DNA of 47,782 bases, counting the filler, from Sphacelaria rigidula (lineage: Eukaryota): assembly GCA_964200075.2 (NCBI GenBank). It is 2 parts of 2 records of this genome, joined end to end, with 100 filler letters (N's around TTAATTAATTAA, not from the genome) between each part and the next. Parts side by side here need not be neighbours in the genome. Positions count along the whole stretch, not along the records: positions 1 to 23,854 come from CAXNAA020000243.1; positions 23,955 to 47,782 come from CAXNAA020000244.1. One strand, given 5' to 3'. Position 1 is the first letter of the stretch. Each line of letters opens with the position of its first letter. Made by a program: the position numbers and the translations under genes. The notes beneath the pieces are model-generated. The model was not told where the DNA came from and did not search any database. It saw only the letters and a list, made by a program, of their open reading frames with translations. Below are positions 23,794-37,300 of the stretch, in pieces.

Positions 23794-23854
23794 GTGCTCA
23801 TGATCATGCATGCCATAGTCAGAAGACCATTGATCTCGCATCCCTACAAAGCCG
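23794..23854 (+). repeat. Dispersed repeat family B' copy, truncated by the assembly gap
   Basis: G-run followed by GTGCTCATGATC.TGCATGCC.TAGTC..AAGACCATTGA.CTCGCATCCCTACAA.GCCG; also at about 42630-42730, 45155-45256 and partly 47701-47725. Confidence 0.85.
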
Positions 23855-23954
23855 NNNNNNNNNNNNNNNNNNNNNNNNNNNNNNNNNNNNNNNNNNNNTT
23901 AATTAATTAANNNNNNNNNNNNNNNNNNNNNNNNNNNNNNNNNNNNNNNNNNNN
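23855..23954. other. Assembly artefact: 100-nt contig spacer, N44-TTAATTAATTAA-N44
   Basis: Symmetric N runs around TTAATTAATTAA (23899-23910), which has stop codons in all six frames, a typical artificial linker. Confidence 0.95.
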
Positions 23955-26900
23955 ACCGTGGTGGCTGGTTCCCGTACGGAACGTTCCCGAAGTGACAAAT
24001 CGTTCACGAGAGGAGCCTTGAAAATAATGCCATGAGCGGTAAAAGCACAGAAAACACCCAGTTGCCGACCTTGGTTTACCGTGAGGGTTGCATGCTCGCG
24101 CAAAATGGACACGCTGCAACATGTGTCTCAACGTAGAGCGATTCCCGTTATCGAGTGGAATTCAGAAGCATGTACAACATAGCTACACGAGGTATACCAC
24201 CGGGTTGAGATAAAAAAGACATAGCGTATGTGTGTGTGCTCATATAAAATCATAAGGTGGCTAGTCAAGGCACCTCTGCTCACGTGCCTGCGCAAACATT
24301 TCAATCGTAGATTCTCAGCGACGATATGTCTGTACTTTCATAATACCGTGAATTCGTCATGCGTGTATATTAATTGAGCACAGCATTGCAATCACCAACC
24401 TTGAGTCTGCCCATATCATGAGACGAATAATGACGGAAATTCAGCACTACTGCAAACATTCAATCTGTCGATCTGCACTGCCGCGCGACTGGCTTCTCCA
24501 TGCAGCCTCCTTTCATGTGAAGCAAAATACGGTGGTTTTACCAGGGTGAATGGTGACGTACGACGGGACGAAAACATATGTTTCTCTTGCGTCATAGACG
24601 TGACGCAGTACTGTAACACGGACCACCGCGCCTGGTATGATTGAAGCAGGATGGTAATGCACGTCGAGTGTTTCCCTGTTGCGATGGTGGTGACGTGTGG
24701 TGATGTCATACCTGCACCCACACGTGCATTATACCGGATGCAATTGCAGCGACTAGTCCACCCGTTACTGGGACCACCTACGCCCGAGGTTTGGCATCGC
24801 ACATATGTATGCAGGACGCACGGGCGCATGGCGATAGAGGGGTGGGGTACTATGAAATGGCGGGTAGGAAACAAAAACTAGCAGGGATAAACGATGCTCG
24901 TATGTTGCCGGGATATTTTGATTATGTGGGCGCAGACGGGAACCGTATGCTGTCATGCGGATTTGATAAGATGAAGCGCCCTCGGTCGTGATTTTCTCAA
25001 AAGTGGTACCACGGGAGGAGTGAACAAATACTTCATCGCATTTGAAGTGTTGAGAACCTTTCATCTCATCCCCCCCAAAAAAACGACTAATGAAATATGT
25101 GAGAGCACGCCATGTCTGGAATGCATGGGGCTAGGGATAGATATCCCGGATGGAGTTGGAAACGGGTGTGTTCTGACCCATGTTATTGTGTAGGTCGTGA
25201 CGTTAGGGGCTCCTGAATGGGAGAAACACTTGGGCCTAAATGTGCAGCCCCTACCATGGTATGACTGTCCTCAAAATGGACACAGCATCGGTTTGCCAAT
25301 GAAAATCACTGCCTTGGGTTCAGGCTGGGCTCAGACCTTATTCGGTAGGCTCACCCGACATATAAATGCCGTGCAATAGTGTAGCCCGAATTGTCAGACG
25401 CTACTGTACTTCTGATGTCATCCGAAAAGTCCAGCCTGAGCTTCTCGCATGTGTGTTCTTCATTCGCGGGCCGCCTCCTTCATGCATATTCAAATAACAC
25501 GAAGAAAGTGTAGACCACAACTACAGTACATGATACTTCATACTAGAAGGCGACTCTGATAGCTCCCAGAATGAATTGGGTGGCGTTGGTTGAGACTTAT
25601 TTGAAGATACGTGCCCTATACTTCATGGCTCCAGGAGGACATCCGCGCCCGTTTTCATGTCTAGCAATCACATTGCGCTCATGAGTTCACATTGCGCCCA
25701 TGAGTTCATTATTTTTCATCGCAGAGGGTGTTTGGGCTAATAATAAGAAACAGCAGCAGCCCCAACACCAACACAGCGAAATCAACGCATGAAGTGCATA
25801 TAGCCGGCGCCGCCTCCATGCGTCCAGCAAGTCTCTGACAAGACTCGAAAAAAAAACACATATTATATATGCCGAATATCGGATGGTCACCACAAAAAAC
25901 AGCAGTCACGTTTCCAACAGTTTTTCTTGTCGAGTCAGTGTCGCAGCACGACTGTGTTGCTCACGCTCAATGGCGAAAACATGAGTCGAGCTGCTGCAAT
26001 GACGTACTACCTTGAACCTTTCCCGCGTTCTCTCTGCTCAAGCACTATCATGCTGCGGCACGCCACGTCTTTCAGACAACGATGATCAATGTACTCTTCG
26101 GCACGCAAGCGCACAACACGCAGCATTACAGCTACCCTTTCCTCTCTCCACCCCCCGATCCCACCCTGGTGTCCACCCTATTTCCCCACCACAATGCCAC
26201 CCCGGTCATACAACTGCCTATTGGTCGTGTCGAGACAACCTGGACACCAATTTCTTGAGTTTGCTCCCCTGGCCGAGAATGACACGTACGTCTCGCCCCC
26301 TATCCTATGGATTACAACACAACTAAATGAAGGAAAATGCTCACTAACGTTTTGACTTTTTTTGTAAAATGCTCACTGACGTTTTGACTTTTTTTGTCAC
26401 CACAATTATCAACGAAATACATTTTTGCCAGTAGCCGCTCGTTTCTCGACGGAGCGCGAGGGGTCCCCGTCGCTGTTGACGGGGCACAATAATGCCATTC
26501 GTTTGTCCCCAAAACAAGCCGGACGAGCTTAATGGGTAAGACGATAGCACGTACGAACAGTATACAGGCAAACATTGAAGAAACACTACTAAATATAAAC
26601 GCCCGCTTACACTAAGACACGAAGAAATGTTTGCGTCTGTTAGTCGAGACGACAAACAAATGCACTCTTCGCCGTGCTGCTACCCTGCCGCACCGCGATA
26701 TGCGCTTTTAACTCGACAGAAGAAAGGACTGCGTATTCTTGCTGCCATGTGACACACTTTACCGCCTCAGAATTCAAGTTTGCCCTGCCTACTCGTGATG
26801 AAAACTTTGGAGAACATGAAGAGTCGATAGTACAGCGTTACCGTACACTACGAGTACAACAAGACTATCCAAAAACCTTTTGAAACCTGTAAATCTGCAA

Positions 26901-27662
26901 GGAATTGCCGTAGACGGTGTCCATCGTCGACATCCTTTTACCGTGCACTTCACAACACGACCGGGAAATATGTTGTTTGGCCGCAAGAGTGCAGTATGAA
27001 GGGATTAACACAAGCACTGATTACACGCAATCCTGTCCTTCCTCCCACCCCCCTTCCCCCCCAAAATCTCCTTCCTCCCGAGGACGTATGGTTAATGGTC
27101 TAACAGCCGTGGTATGTTACACTATAGAACGCCTCTCCTTGCGCCCACCCCCACGCAAGCCCCTCGTTGTGTAAGCTTCTTTGACCCCACTTCCTGTAAC
27201 GGTACAACATCTCTGCAAACAGAGCGGAACATTTCACCACACTCTTATTACGTACGCAATGCACACAAACCAAATTTGAAAGCAAATTTTGGTGTACGAG
27301 AAGAGTGCCTATAGACAAAAAAAGGCGCTACTGCCGTAGGAACGTGTATATATTTCCTGTTCAAAATATCTCGAATTATTTGTTCTCGAACCATTTTGCT
27401 AGTTTCCGACAAAATTCCCAATCATCGCATATCAGTTTTTTTGTCCAACAATCCAACGAACGTGCTGACCGTGTTTTCCAACGAGAGCAAGCAAACTTTA
27501 TAAAACATGACAAGCTTTGTTTACCCTGATTAAAGCACGCAAGTAAATCACCATCCCATCGCCAGTATCGACTAACCTTCTCCCCCACACCCCCAAACCA
27601 CGACTGTGAAGGCCATGGCTTGTATCACCACTACACGATTCCTACCTCGCATGGCACGCTAT

Positions 27663-29035
27663 TCACGCGAAAGCGGTGGGGCCATACGCTGAACCACCTG
27701 TTGCCGGCCCCGCCCCCCCCCCTTCCGCACGGGGCAAGAAGAACTCCTCTACCCCGAAGACTCCAGCAGCCTCCGCCTCTTTCATAAACGCCTCCATTTT
27801 CCCATCGTCCATGCCAATCGGCGAGGCGGGTGTCAGCGGAGCGGCATCGGCGGCGGTGTGAGAGGTAGCGGCGTAGGCAGCGGCGTCTTCACTCGTTTCA
27901 TCCCAGTTCTCGGCGAACAGGTCGATAAATCCGAAGTCCTCGTGGCCGGGTGGTTGTGATGGCGCAGTGTCTGCTTCGTCTCCGGGGCGGCCCCAGTGGA
28001 AAGGCTCAAAGGGGCGAGGTTGCTGCTTCCTTTGCTGCTGTTGCGGCCACGTGGAATGCGCGTCGACCGCCGCTGCCAGCGATAGCGCGTTATCGTCGCA
28101 TGGTGTTACCTGGGCGGCGGCCGCCTGCTGCACGGCGGCTATCGCCGCTTCTACGGGAGTGTGAGGGTGATGCGAAAGGGGGGAGATATCGCGCGAAGAG
28201 GGTGACATGCAGTTGTCGTCGTCGTTGTTGTCGATGTTGTCGTTCATTTCGTCGTCGAAGCTGCTGCTATTGAGGCTGCTGATACTGCTCCCCGACGAGT
28301 GAAAGGTTGTGTTGCTGTCGTGCGGCAGAGGCGTACTGAAAGACGTGTTGGATAACAACGACGACGACGAGCCATCCGACGTCGTGCTGCCGCTGGGGCT
28401 GTTTGCCGTGTACTCCGAAGATTGGGTTCTAGAGGACGGCGTTGAAGGGTCGTACAGCAAGCGCGGCGTCCGCTCCGGTGAGGCCGTCACTCGATGGTGC
28501 CGCCATTGCTCCCCCCACCCCCGCCCAGCTTCCGGCATGTGGCTCACCCCAATTGAATCATCTTTCGACCAGTCATCATGGTGCGGACCGCCAAGCTGTT
28601 TTTGGATGCTACTGTCGGGGACACTTGGATCCACCGAAGCAGGCCCAGGACCCACACGACGTCGCAACGCACTACGACGCGAACCGGGTTTGTAATCAGC
28701 GATTGATAGATCATCACCGACACCGCTAGGATCGGTCTTCACTGTGCGGAGATCTGCCTGCGATGCTGTACGTGTCCGCCCCCTGCTCGAAAGATCGGGC
28801 GGCTTTTGATTGCTGCCGTAGTGTGAACCAGCGTCGCGGGCCGAGCGAGCAAGCCGCTGAGCAGCACGCGCTTCTACGGCGAGATCTCGCTTGACTTTCT
28901 GCCGGCGAACCTTGGTAAGCAGGTGGCGCTGGCCCCTGCGAAAGCAGGGGTGGTGGAAAGCTCCCGCGTGTGCTCCTTTTCGGCGCTTGAACTGGTAAAG
29001 GTTGAGCTGTCGCTGGAAGGACGTGAACTTAGAGT
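27663..29035 (-). CDS. Heat shock factor (HSF-type DNA-binding domain protein), exon 2
   Basis: Acceptor catccAG|AC at 29035 (phase 1) gives HSKFTSFQRQLNLYQFKRR..FHHPCFRRGQRHLLTKVRR, the second half of the HSF DBD. Stop TGA at 27663-27665. Confidence 0.92.
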
Positions 29036-30369
29036 CTGGATGGATGTATGGGAGGGGAAAGGGACAATCGCACCGCAAGCGGGGGGCGGGGGGATGAATG
29101 GGCAAAATGAGCGGAAAAATAGGGTCCGGAGATCATGAAAATGACTAGAGAGAAAAGTATCTGGCTTTCTCGTCTCGTGTACTGGGTGCGCAGACTATGT
29201 GTTACGGTGTGGGGTAGAATCACTTATGAAGACGCCGAATGCGAGCAACAATATTTTGCGGCGAGCAAGGGTATTTTTGCGCATTCCATCTTACTTTGAG
29301 TGCGTTTGGAAACATGGAGGAGGAGAGGCTGAGGAAAGAAGCGTGCGTTCGCTCCCAAAAGCCTATCGGAGGCAGCGCGGGGGTAGCGGGTCGGCAGACG
29401 CGGTAAAAACGAAGAATCGAGGGTGCGCACCAACCCTGCCGTTCTAACTGAGCAGCGCGACCACATATGTCGGTGCGACGATGAGCACTTCGTGCTCATC
29501 GGTGTCTCTCACTACAATGACTTGTGTACGAAATCTACCAGAACGTATTTACGTGGGGTATAAACCGTGGGGTCATGACTTTTCAGGGGCGACATATCTC
29601 GGGCGTTTTAATGTGGGCCACCCAAACGCACCACAGCGCTTCCCGAATTGCATGCACTGTAGCGTTTGTGTGCGAAAGAGATACGCGTGCGAATATTCGC
29701 GAGCGGCAAGCTATTTGTATCTAAGCCTGGGCTATCTATCTCAACTTTCGTGCGGAGCAAGGGGTAAGAGGACAGCTACTACGCGCGGCGTGTCATTCCC
29801 TCACTCTTCCTCTGCGCATCGGGTTAAAGGAGGGGGATGTTACGGCCTCGTGAGTCTACGTGAAACACCCCAGACTTGTTGGAAAGCAGCATGTAAAAAT
29901 GGGGTTGCAAACACAACAAAATCCATGAGAAAGTGAAGAACGACGGAAGATTTATTGGTAGCTACAAACAAACATCCAAACCGCGATGGTCGGCATAGTA
30001 TACAGTACGCAAACCGCCACGGCCAGCGCTGCTGCAACAGCTGTGGGTGTACCCGAGAAGAGTCGGCATGATCGAGCGTCGCACTATCGAGTGTATGCGT
30101 GGTGGATTCTGCGTTGCGCGCATGATGACGGCAATCACCCTAGTTGCGGGCAACAAGTAAGTGCTGATGTCACGGAACGAGGCATTACCCACAATCCCGA
30201 AGTCATATGCAGTATGTACGCTGAAGACCATACCCCAAAAAATGCGCAAATTCACAAATAATCAAAGTGAGAGCACCATGACATGCGCGGAGCGAATCGA
30301 AACCATCCAATAACGACAGCAACAACGATGATATGCGAAGAGGATAATCATCGCAAGTTCGCCACTCAC

Positions 30370-30646
30370 GGTTAAAGTACTTCTCCAAAACCTCCGTGCT
30401 GAAGCGCGCGATGTCCTTCACTCGAAACGCAAGCCCGTCTGGCAGCCACTCGACGATATCTTTGTCTTCCTCTTCGACGAGCGTAAACAGCTTTTGAGCA
30501 AATAGCTGAGGCCCACCGCGGGCGCCCACGCGACGGGTGGGACTGAAGGCCGAACCTGCGATGACAGTAGGCACTTCCGCCGGTGCCACCGGGGTCGCTG
30601 CGCACGATACCTGAGACACTTGCTGCTGGTCTGTTGCTGACGACAT
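30370..30646 (-). CDS. Heat shock factor, exon 1 (spliced product about 549 aa if this ATG is the start)
   Basis: ATG at 30646. FAQKLFTLVEEEDKDIVEWLPDGLAFRVKDIARFSTEVLEKYFN is the first half of the HSF DBD. Donor C|GTGAGT at 30370/30369 is phase 1 and joins to give KYFNHSKFTSFQRQLN. Confidence 0.92.
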
Positions 30647-33600
30647 TGTGAGGTCGCTCGCTACCCTGCTGTCCGACTCGTCGGTGTGCAAGATGTAGTA
30701 TCTTGGGGAACGACAGGGAAAGGAGGTAGGTAGTAGCGATCAAGAGGAGCTTGGTGGAAAGGAGGGGGGGGGGGGGTGTTTACGCGGTGTGCTGCTGTGG
30801 GCAGTTGCGTAACAAGGGGTAAAACGCCTGCGCGCGGCGGCGGACCTTTCAAACGACGAAAAATTTGGAATGTCTTGAGGTCTGTCGATGAGCTATAGCC
30901 CCGTGGATTTCATGGTACGTGCGGAATACCACGGAAGCACGGTGCGCCCTTGGCAGATTTTCCCTCGGTGATGATTGACCTCTAATGATAGAGTGGGTAA
31001 AGGTTTCGACAGTTTTTCGCTGCAGACCGCGATGCCGTGGTATCAACGCAGGTACTCAAGATCATTACGGCGATTGTTGCAGCGCTCATCTTTTTTCAGG
31101 GGGTAGATACGGCGTCATGAAACCGTCAAACGGCTGTTTGAAACGGTCGAAACGGTCGTTCAGGGTACTAGGTGTGCCGAAAATCCCAAGACCATGATGA
31201 CTTTCGCCATGTTGGTCTGTGTCCTCTGTCTGCCGCACCAGGCTCATATTTAGGCCATACTCAGGTATGGTGCCGCAACATGTGCAACTCCGCACATACT
31301 ACGACCACAGGGACGTGTCTCTCCTCGTCTGACTGCCGTGCTGCCGCTCAAGGGAAACGTGGTGCCGCCGCCCCCAAGTGGCTGTAGCGTATGTGCCGTC
31401 CTGTACTCGAGACTGGATGCGCATGTATTTTATACGAATCTGAATGGTACCTGAACATGTATATAAAAAACGCTACTTGATATCGCCGTATCTTTTGGGT
31501 TGGTGCATCCGAGCCTAGCCGCTTCTGTCTCGTGCGGCTATCACGCGGCCGCTTTGACAAACCTGACGCCGAGCCCCCCATACTATGCTACTGTATACTC
31601 CAGGCTACTGTAGATGCGCATGTATGTCCTACAAGAAAGAAAGAAGAAGTTGTTTCGCAGTAAGAGAATCTTCGCAAAACCGATCTGGATATGCCCTAAC
31701 CTGCTGGCGAAGCATGCGGTGGTTGCTCGCACAGACAGTAAATAGTAGATATTATAGATGTTTTCAAAGGCCAGCAGATAGAGATCTTGCTTGCAAGTCA
31801 TTGCACACAAGTCTACTACATACCACAGAAATGAAGCAGTTTTGCAGTTTAATGTCAGTCACATTGGCAGACCCGAAGTTGCGGTCCGGCGTTTGTCGTC
31901 GGCTTGATTGAAGTTTGAAGTTTTTGTTTTTACGCGAGGCACTGCTTGCTACTGCTTGCTGCTGCTGCTGCGGATGCCCTGATCAAGAGCTTCACACAAA
32001 ATATTATACCATGCCCCTGCCCCCGTGAACAAGCGAACGTGACCTGCCACGTATTTCTTCTCCGGTGGCTGATTAACGATTACCGTTCCGTCAAAGTGCG
32101 ATGTAGGTAGGCGGCTGTTGTTGTGAGATGTAAATGTTATAATACTGTACCATACTTCCAGCACACACACACCGCATCCATTTTCTTCATTGGCCAACGG
32201 CTGGATACGAAATACCCGTCGTTGGTGTTGCGTATCCAAACCGTACTCCATACCCCCACGGCTTACTGGTGTACGCATCAGGCGCAACGAAATTTTATGC
32301 GGTAGTGCGCTCGACAGATAAAAAAGATAAACTTTGGGCAACGGACCATCAAGGGCAAACCACTTGTAACAATGTTTTCGTGAGATTGAGAGGAGAGGAT
32401 ACGATCGAGAGTGAAAAGCGGTCAATTAGTACATGAATCGTTTCAGTTCCGAAATGCTCCTCGACGAGGCCCGATATGCTTTCTGTAGTAACTGGCCAAT
32501 GAGGCCCTTGATATCTCTGAATAGGATATCGTCGTGTAGCTGTAAGCACACGCTAGTGATGGAGGGAAAGAAGAGCACGTACAGAATGAACGATGGCTAC
32601 GTTAAGGCGAACGATCAAAGCCGCTCTCAATCAGCGCTCTGCTCTCAATCTCACGAAAACGTTGTTTTGTGTACGTCACACATCCTGAATGACGACTTGG
32701 TTTTAGTTGCCTGCCGATTCACTGCTGGCTATTGATAGCGTACCGGACAACTATAGATTAATAGTGGTTGTCTCGACTAAATTTCGCTCAAACCGCCCTT
32801 GCTCCTGCTGTGCACCACACCAATAATATGTCAACTTGCGCTGTTTAGTTGTCAGCGAGATTCATGCAGCATGGAAACCTTGTTGGGACGAACTTCATGA
32901 TGAGTAGTTATTGCGGTTATTGTTGTGTTTTTAACACAATGAGGTAATGAATTTATGGTTTTGATGATACCAAGCTAACCCAAGGCGTACCGAGAATCCT
33001 CGAGCGGGGGAGGAAGGGTGGATGTCCTAGGCGAAGTGTGCGTTGGGAGTCCTCAAATCGGCGCCTGCGGTGACGATGTGATCAAAATCGGCTTCTGCGC
33101 ACAAAAATATAGGGAGCACTTGGGGCTGTGAGCCCTATACTAGGATCTGAATATAGGCTTGAGACTAATACCAAGTAACACTATCCCGCGACAGGTTTAT
33201 GCTACGAAGCGGTCATGTATCTGCTACTACTACTGATGATGGATGGCGACCTATACGAAAATTCCGAACACCGGACAAGCGAGGGTATTATTTGTATTCG
33301 GCATCTTTTTAAGTATAGCAGCCGTTCATGTGGAGCTAAAGTTTTACCCGCAGGCTGGCGTTCATCTATAATTTCATCACGGCGTACATGTATTACAAAC
33401 AAATGATACAAAATTTCGCACATGACCGGATGTTGGCGACGTTCGACCCAATCCGACGCAGGGTATACCCCCTAACTTTCCGTTGTGTCGATCTAAACAG
33501 ACGTCACGGTGAAGAGGTTTTACTGTACAGCATACGGAACAAAATGCCAAGCTTGCCCGCGACACACGGGCATTCTGACAAGAGGCACGCACACACGCAG

Positions 33601-36111
33601 TATTAGCATATAAAGTACATATATAAATGATTATAGATAGATAGACCATTGATTACAATACATGCGCTAGGATGTAGATTCTGCATCATGCATGCATTTA
33701 TAACTATACTACTAATATTACACACATGACTGCAACAAACTACACATTTACTTCAAGACAACGCCGTCAGTATAGCCCTGATATATTCGCGTGAATATGG
33801 CGGCTGCAGACAGAGAAAAAAAACATGATACTGTAAAACCGGCCGGGAAGAAAGGTCTACACAACAACAATCAAGTATTAGCGTGCAAGACGTGAATGCG
33901 CGGCGGATGACACGATACTATATATACCCATAACAAAGCGTTTTCGCTGCCCACGTGCTTCCATTCTCACTCGCGAAAACATGCTTTCTACTTTCTAGTG
34001 CCTGATTTCTATTTGAGCAAGCTGCTGTAGATTGCGCAACAATCATGTCGTGAGAAATGAAGACACCAACAACGCCAACAATAACAAGTCAAGTAAGTAG
34101 GTACTTCTCCATGGGCGCGATGATTACGTGGCTGTCGTCAGAGAGATCGCGATCTTTCCCGCTGTACGAAAGGTGGCTCGATGCGTTGCTCTTGTTGGCA
34201 TATCCTATCTACGACGATGATCATACATGATAAACTGCGCGGGTCGCGGGTGACAAGTTACAAGAAAAAAGTATCTTGATTGAAGGAAGGGCTCTCGGGG
34301 CGTCCTCGGTTTCTCTCTAGACTGGAACACAGACAGGTGGCCAAAACTAGCTGAAACTGACGATCAGCCAAGAGGGGCTTCGCGGTCGGGGCAGACTGGA
34401 TAGATGAACACCGTACCGTGGAGTTCAGCACGGGAAGCGCGAAGAGCGGCACGGGGATGATACTACAGAACTGTGGTACTCTGAACCGCAGATTAGGGGT
34501 AGATATATCAAACATCGAGCTGGTCTCATTCCATGTTCAACAATTTTAACCTTAGTCCGCCCCACAGAAGAAGAATGCCGTTCCAATTTGTCAGGACCGC
34601 TTATTGTCTGTTCCCCTGTTTCACGCCCCCCCCCCAACCTCTCAAACTTCATTCCCCGGTCCCCAAATCACGGAGTTTTTTTGTCAGTCCCATGATATGT
34701 ACTGTATGCTGCGTGTACGGGCGCCGGATCTCCAGCCATATCCATGCAGCATGCCCATCACCGACGCCCCCTCTCACCCCACAAACTGCCACATTCACCT
34801 CATCATCGATACAGGAGGTCATGAGTGGACATGGACGACGGGCATGCTGTCTCACCATTCTCTTGATGACGATTTGAGCGCTCGCGGATGGACACACGGG
34901 GCCGACAGCCACCATTTTCCAGTCAAAACTACTGGTCAACAGCGGATGAACGGCGAACAAAGAGTGGACTCTTTGACTGGAACCTTCCACTCGTGGCCCA
35001 TCAGCTATCCCCCAAAATTACTCAATCCATATACTCCGGAGCATGTATTATCTGGTGCATCATATTTTATCTGAATTGTCGAGATTGGTCGAGGATGTAG
35101 GACTATGCACCAGGAACCTCGAGGTCGAGATACCTCTCAACACTAATATCACGTAGTAAAATGGATCATGGTCACAACTTATAGCTTCAGAACTTTTGGT
35201 TTTCGAGCCACACTGCACGCCTAGTGCTTACTCACTCGTATATAATATATATATATATATGTATGTTGAGCATTTGTGTTGTAATCAAAGGTTACGACAT
35301 TTATTACATGACCTTCGGTGGTAATGGGGCCCGTTCTAGACGATCGGGGTACTACTCTTCACCCGCGTTGTTTTACGTTTTCCAGCTGAAGGAACAGGGA
35401 AACGTCAACAGTTTCATGCTGAATGATTTTGGGGCTCACATTACTACCTTCTACATCCCATCTCACTCGGTGTCATGCCTGTAGTGCAGAAGCGCCCGGA
35501 AACATTATGGCCACCCCCAATAACAGCAAAACATCAGATTTATACGCAGTTTAGATATACAATGTGAGCAGCGTAAGGGCTATGCGTGACCCAAACTGCA
35601 TGAAACATGCAGCAGTGCCGATTTTCGGAGGTGCTCGCTTACTTTCCAAACAAATCTGGACCTGAAGATGAATGTCGCGATGGGACGAGAGTCGTGCGAA
35701 TTTTATGAGCATGAAACTTGGAGAAGATGGAAGATGCTGATGGAAACGGCGCGAAAAAGGGAAAACATGACCCCGGTTTCCATCATCAAGAGCGGCCCTC
35801 GAGACGGGACGACCCCTCACCGGTTTTGAGCCAGCAGCAGGTCCCACCTCCGGTAGAGATTGTCCAAGTTAGGTTACAACCTACCCATGGGTTATTTTAC
35901 TTGATTTGAGTATCAGCACCGGGATTCGGATCTTCAGTGGGGCTGACGGTCCCGAGTCCTGCGGCACCAATTAATGAGGTCTCCCAACATACACCTTGCC
36001 TGGGAACCCAACCCCTCTGCCGGTGGCATCTGGGCATGTCTTGGGTTGTGGTCAGGTTTAGCGTTAGTATTAGCGCTAGCGGAGATTGATGCCACGAACC
36101 CCCCCTCCCCC

Positions 36112-36345
36112 CCCTCAAACCAGCCCTAAAACTGTCAGAATTAAAATGGCCATACACCGCGCCTACCCGGTGTTTGGTTTCAGGTTGCGCATAGAGCACC
36201 TCACATGTGCGACATTATTGACGGAAATGATCCGAAGCGTGGGAATTTGCAGCTGCTCGGTGTGCTCAGCTCTTGTCATTTTGATCAACATGTAGATTTT
36301 TCCTGCTCAAACCAGCCACTTTTCTGGGGTGGGGAAGGCTATCGC
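36112..36345 (+). repeat. Dispersed repeat family C, copy 1 (begins in a C-run, ends in a G-run)
   Basis: Colinear with 46278-46500: AAACCAGCCC.AAACTGTCA..TGTTTGGTTTCAGG.TGC..AAGCGTGG.AATT..CAGCT.CTCG..ACATGTAGATTTT..CAGCCAC.TT..GGGG. Confidence 0.85.
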
Positions 36346-37155
36346 GGCATTAGTCAAGGGTGGATTGTAGCCGGACTGTGGCAAAACTAAGCTCGGAGGT
36401 CAAGTCCACCTTCGGTTCACTATCACCATCTTCGTGGCGTACACTGCCTGTACTTTCGCAACCGCCTTGGCGCTTTGGGGGCAGTGCTGGCACACGTGGA
36501 GCATGTTTTGATATGTTGCACTGTGTCTCACATCGTCTCGACTGTCCTTCATACTGCACTGGTTACACTGCTGCTGTACCCGACATGGAGATCGTTTTCA
36601 TCACCGGCTGAACACAACCGTACGAATCTTTCACTGTGTAGAGGACTCGACCAACACATACAGTACTCCCCTGTGCCCTATTGCTACCCCTGCGTAATGA
36701 TATTCAACAACAGTTCGCTGCAACGAAGTGTAGCATCTTAACGGCATGGGGGCAAGCTGATGGCAAAACTACGCACACACGGTGCAGAAAGCGCGATCTA
36801 CCTTGTTTTCGTAGTTCATGGTTTAGTGGTAGTTAGGGTGTGGGTAGACTAGAGCTTGACTGCAAGGTAGTGCATCCAATCAACACAGTCCATCTGTACG
36901 GGAACACATACATAGTGAACTAAGTGACCAATCAGAGCCATCGAAACGTCCACACCCTTGACCCATGGCCTGCTGCCCAACCCAAAAAATTCTCGGAATA
37001 CGGTATGCATATTTGATCAGGGCAGCGTTCTCCCTCGATCTGGACACCCCAATCGTTCGCCAAAACACCCCCCCCCCCCCCCCCCCCCCCCCCCCACCCC
37101 CCCCCCCGCCAGCGGGACTGGCGCGCTGTCTACGACAAAGAAGACCCACAACAAA

Positions 37156-37165
37156 NNNNNNNNNN
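37156..37165. other. Small assembly gap within a poly-C low-complexity tract
   Basis: 10 N flanked by long C homopolymers (about 37067-37221). Confidence 0.95.
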
Positions 37166-37229
37166 CCCCCCCCCCCGCCCCCCCCCCCGCTCCCCCCAAC
37201 CCCCCCCCCCCCCCCCCCCCCTCCGTTCC

Positions 37230-37300
37230 CATGCTCCGTCTCGGAAGGGATGCGTGGTCATTGGTCAAACGACCAAGGCAAGCAAAAAATGAGTACGCCC
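37230..37300 (-). repeat. Dispersed repeat family B head (inverted copy)
   Basis: ATGCTCCGTCTCGGAAGGGATGCGTGGTCATTGGTCAAACGAC.AAGGCAAGCA..ATGAGTAC is the reverse complement of the heads at 20033 and 45693. Confidence 0.85.

Noticed and set aside
23899-23910. TTAATTAATTAA as a piggyBac target or regulatory palindrome
   Set aside because: It is centred in symmetric N runs and is a synthetic linker.
26334-26397. ~32-bp direct duplication AAAATGCTCACT(A/G)ACGTTTTGACTTTTTT
   Set aside because: A two-unit local slippage duplication with no further structure.
30850-30970. Heat-shock elements upstream of the HSF gene (autoregulation)
   Set aside because: No proper nGAAnnTTCnnGAAn array found; GAAAAATTTGGAA lacks the central TTC.
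31000-35900. Short ORFs upstream of the HSF gene
   Set aside because: No recognisable domains or consistent splice chain; treated as intergenic or old repeat sequence.
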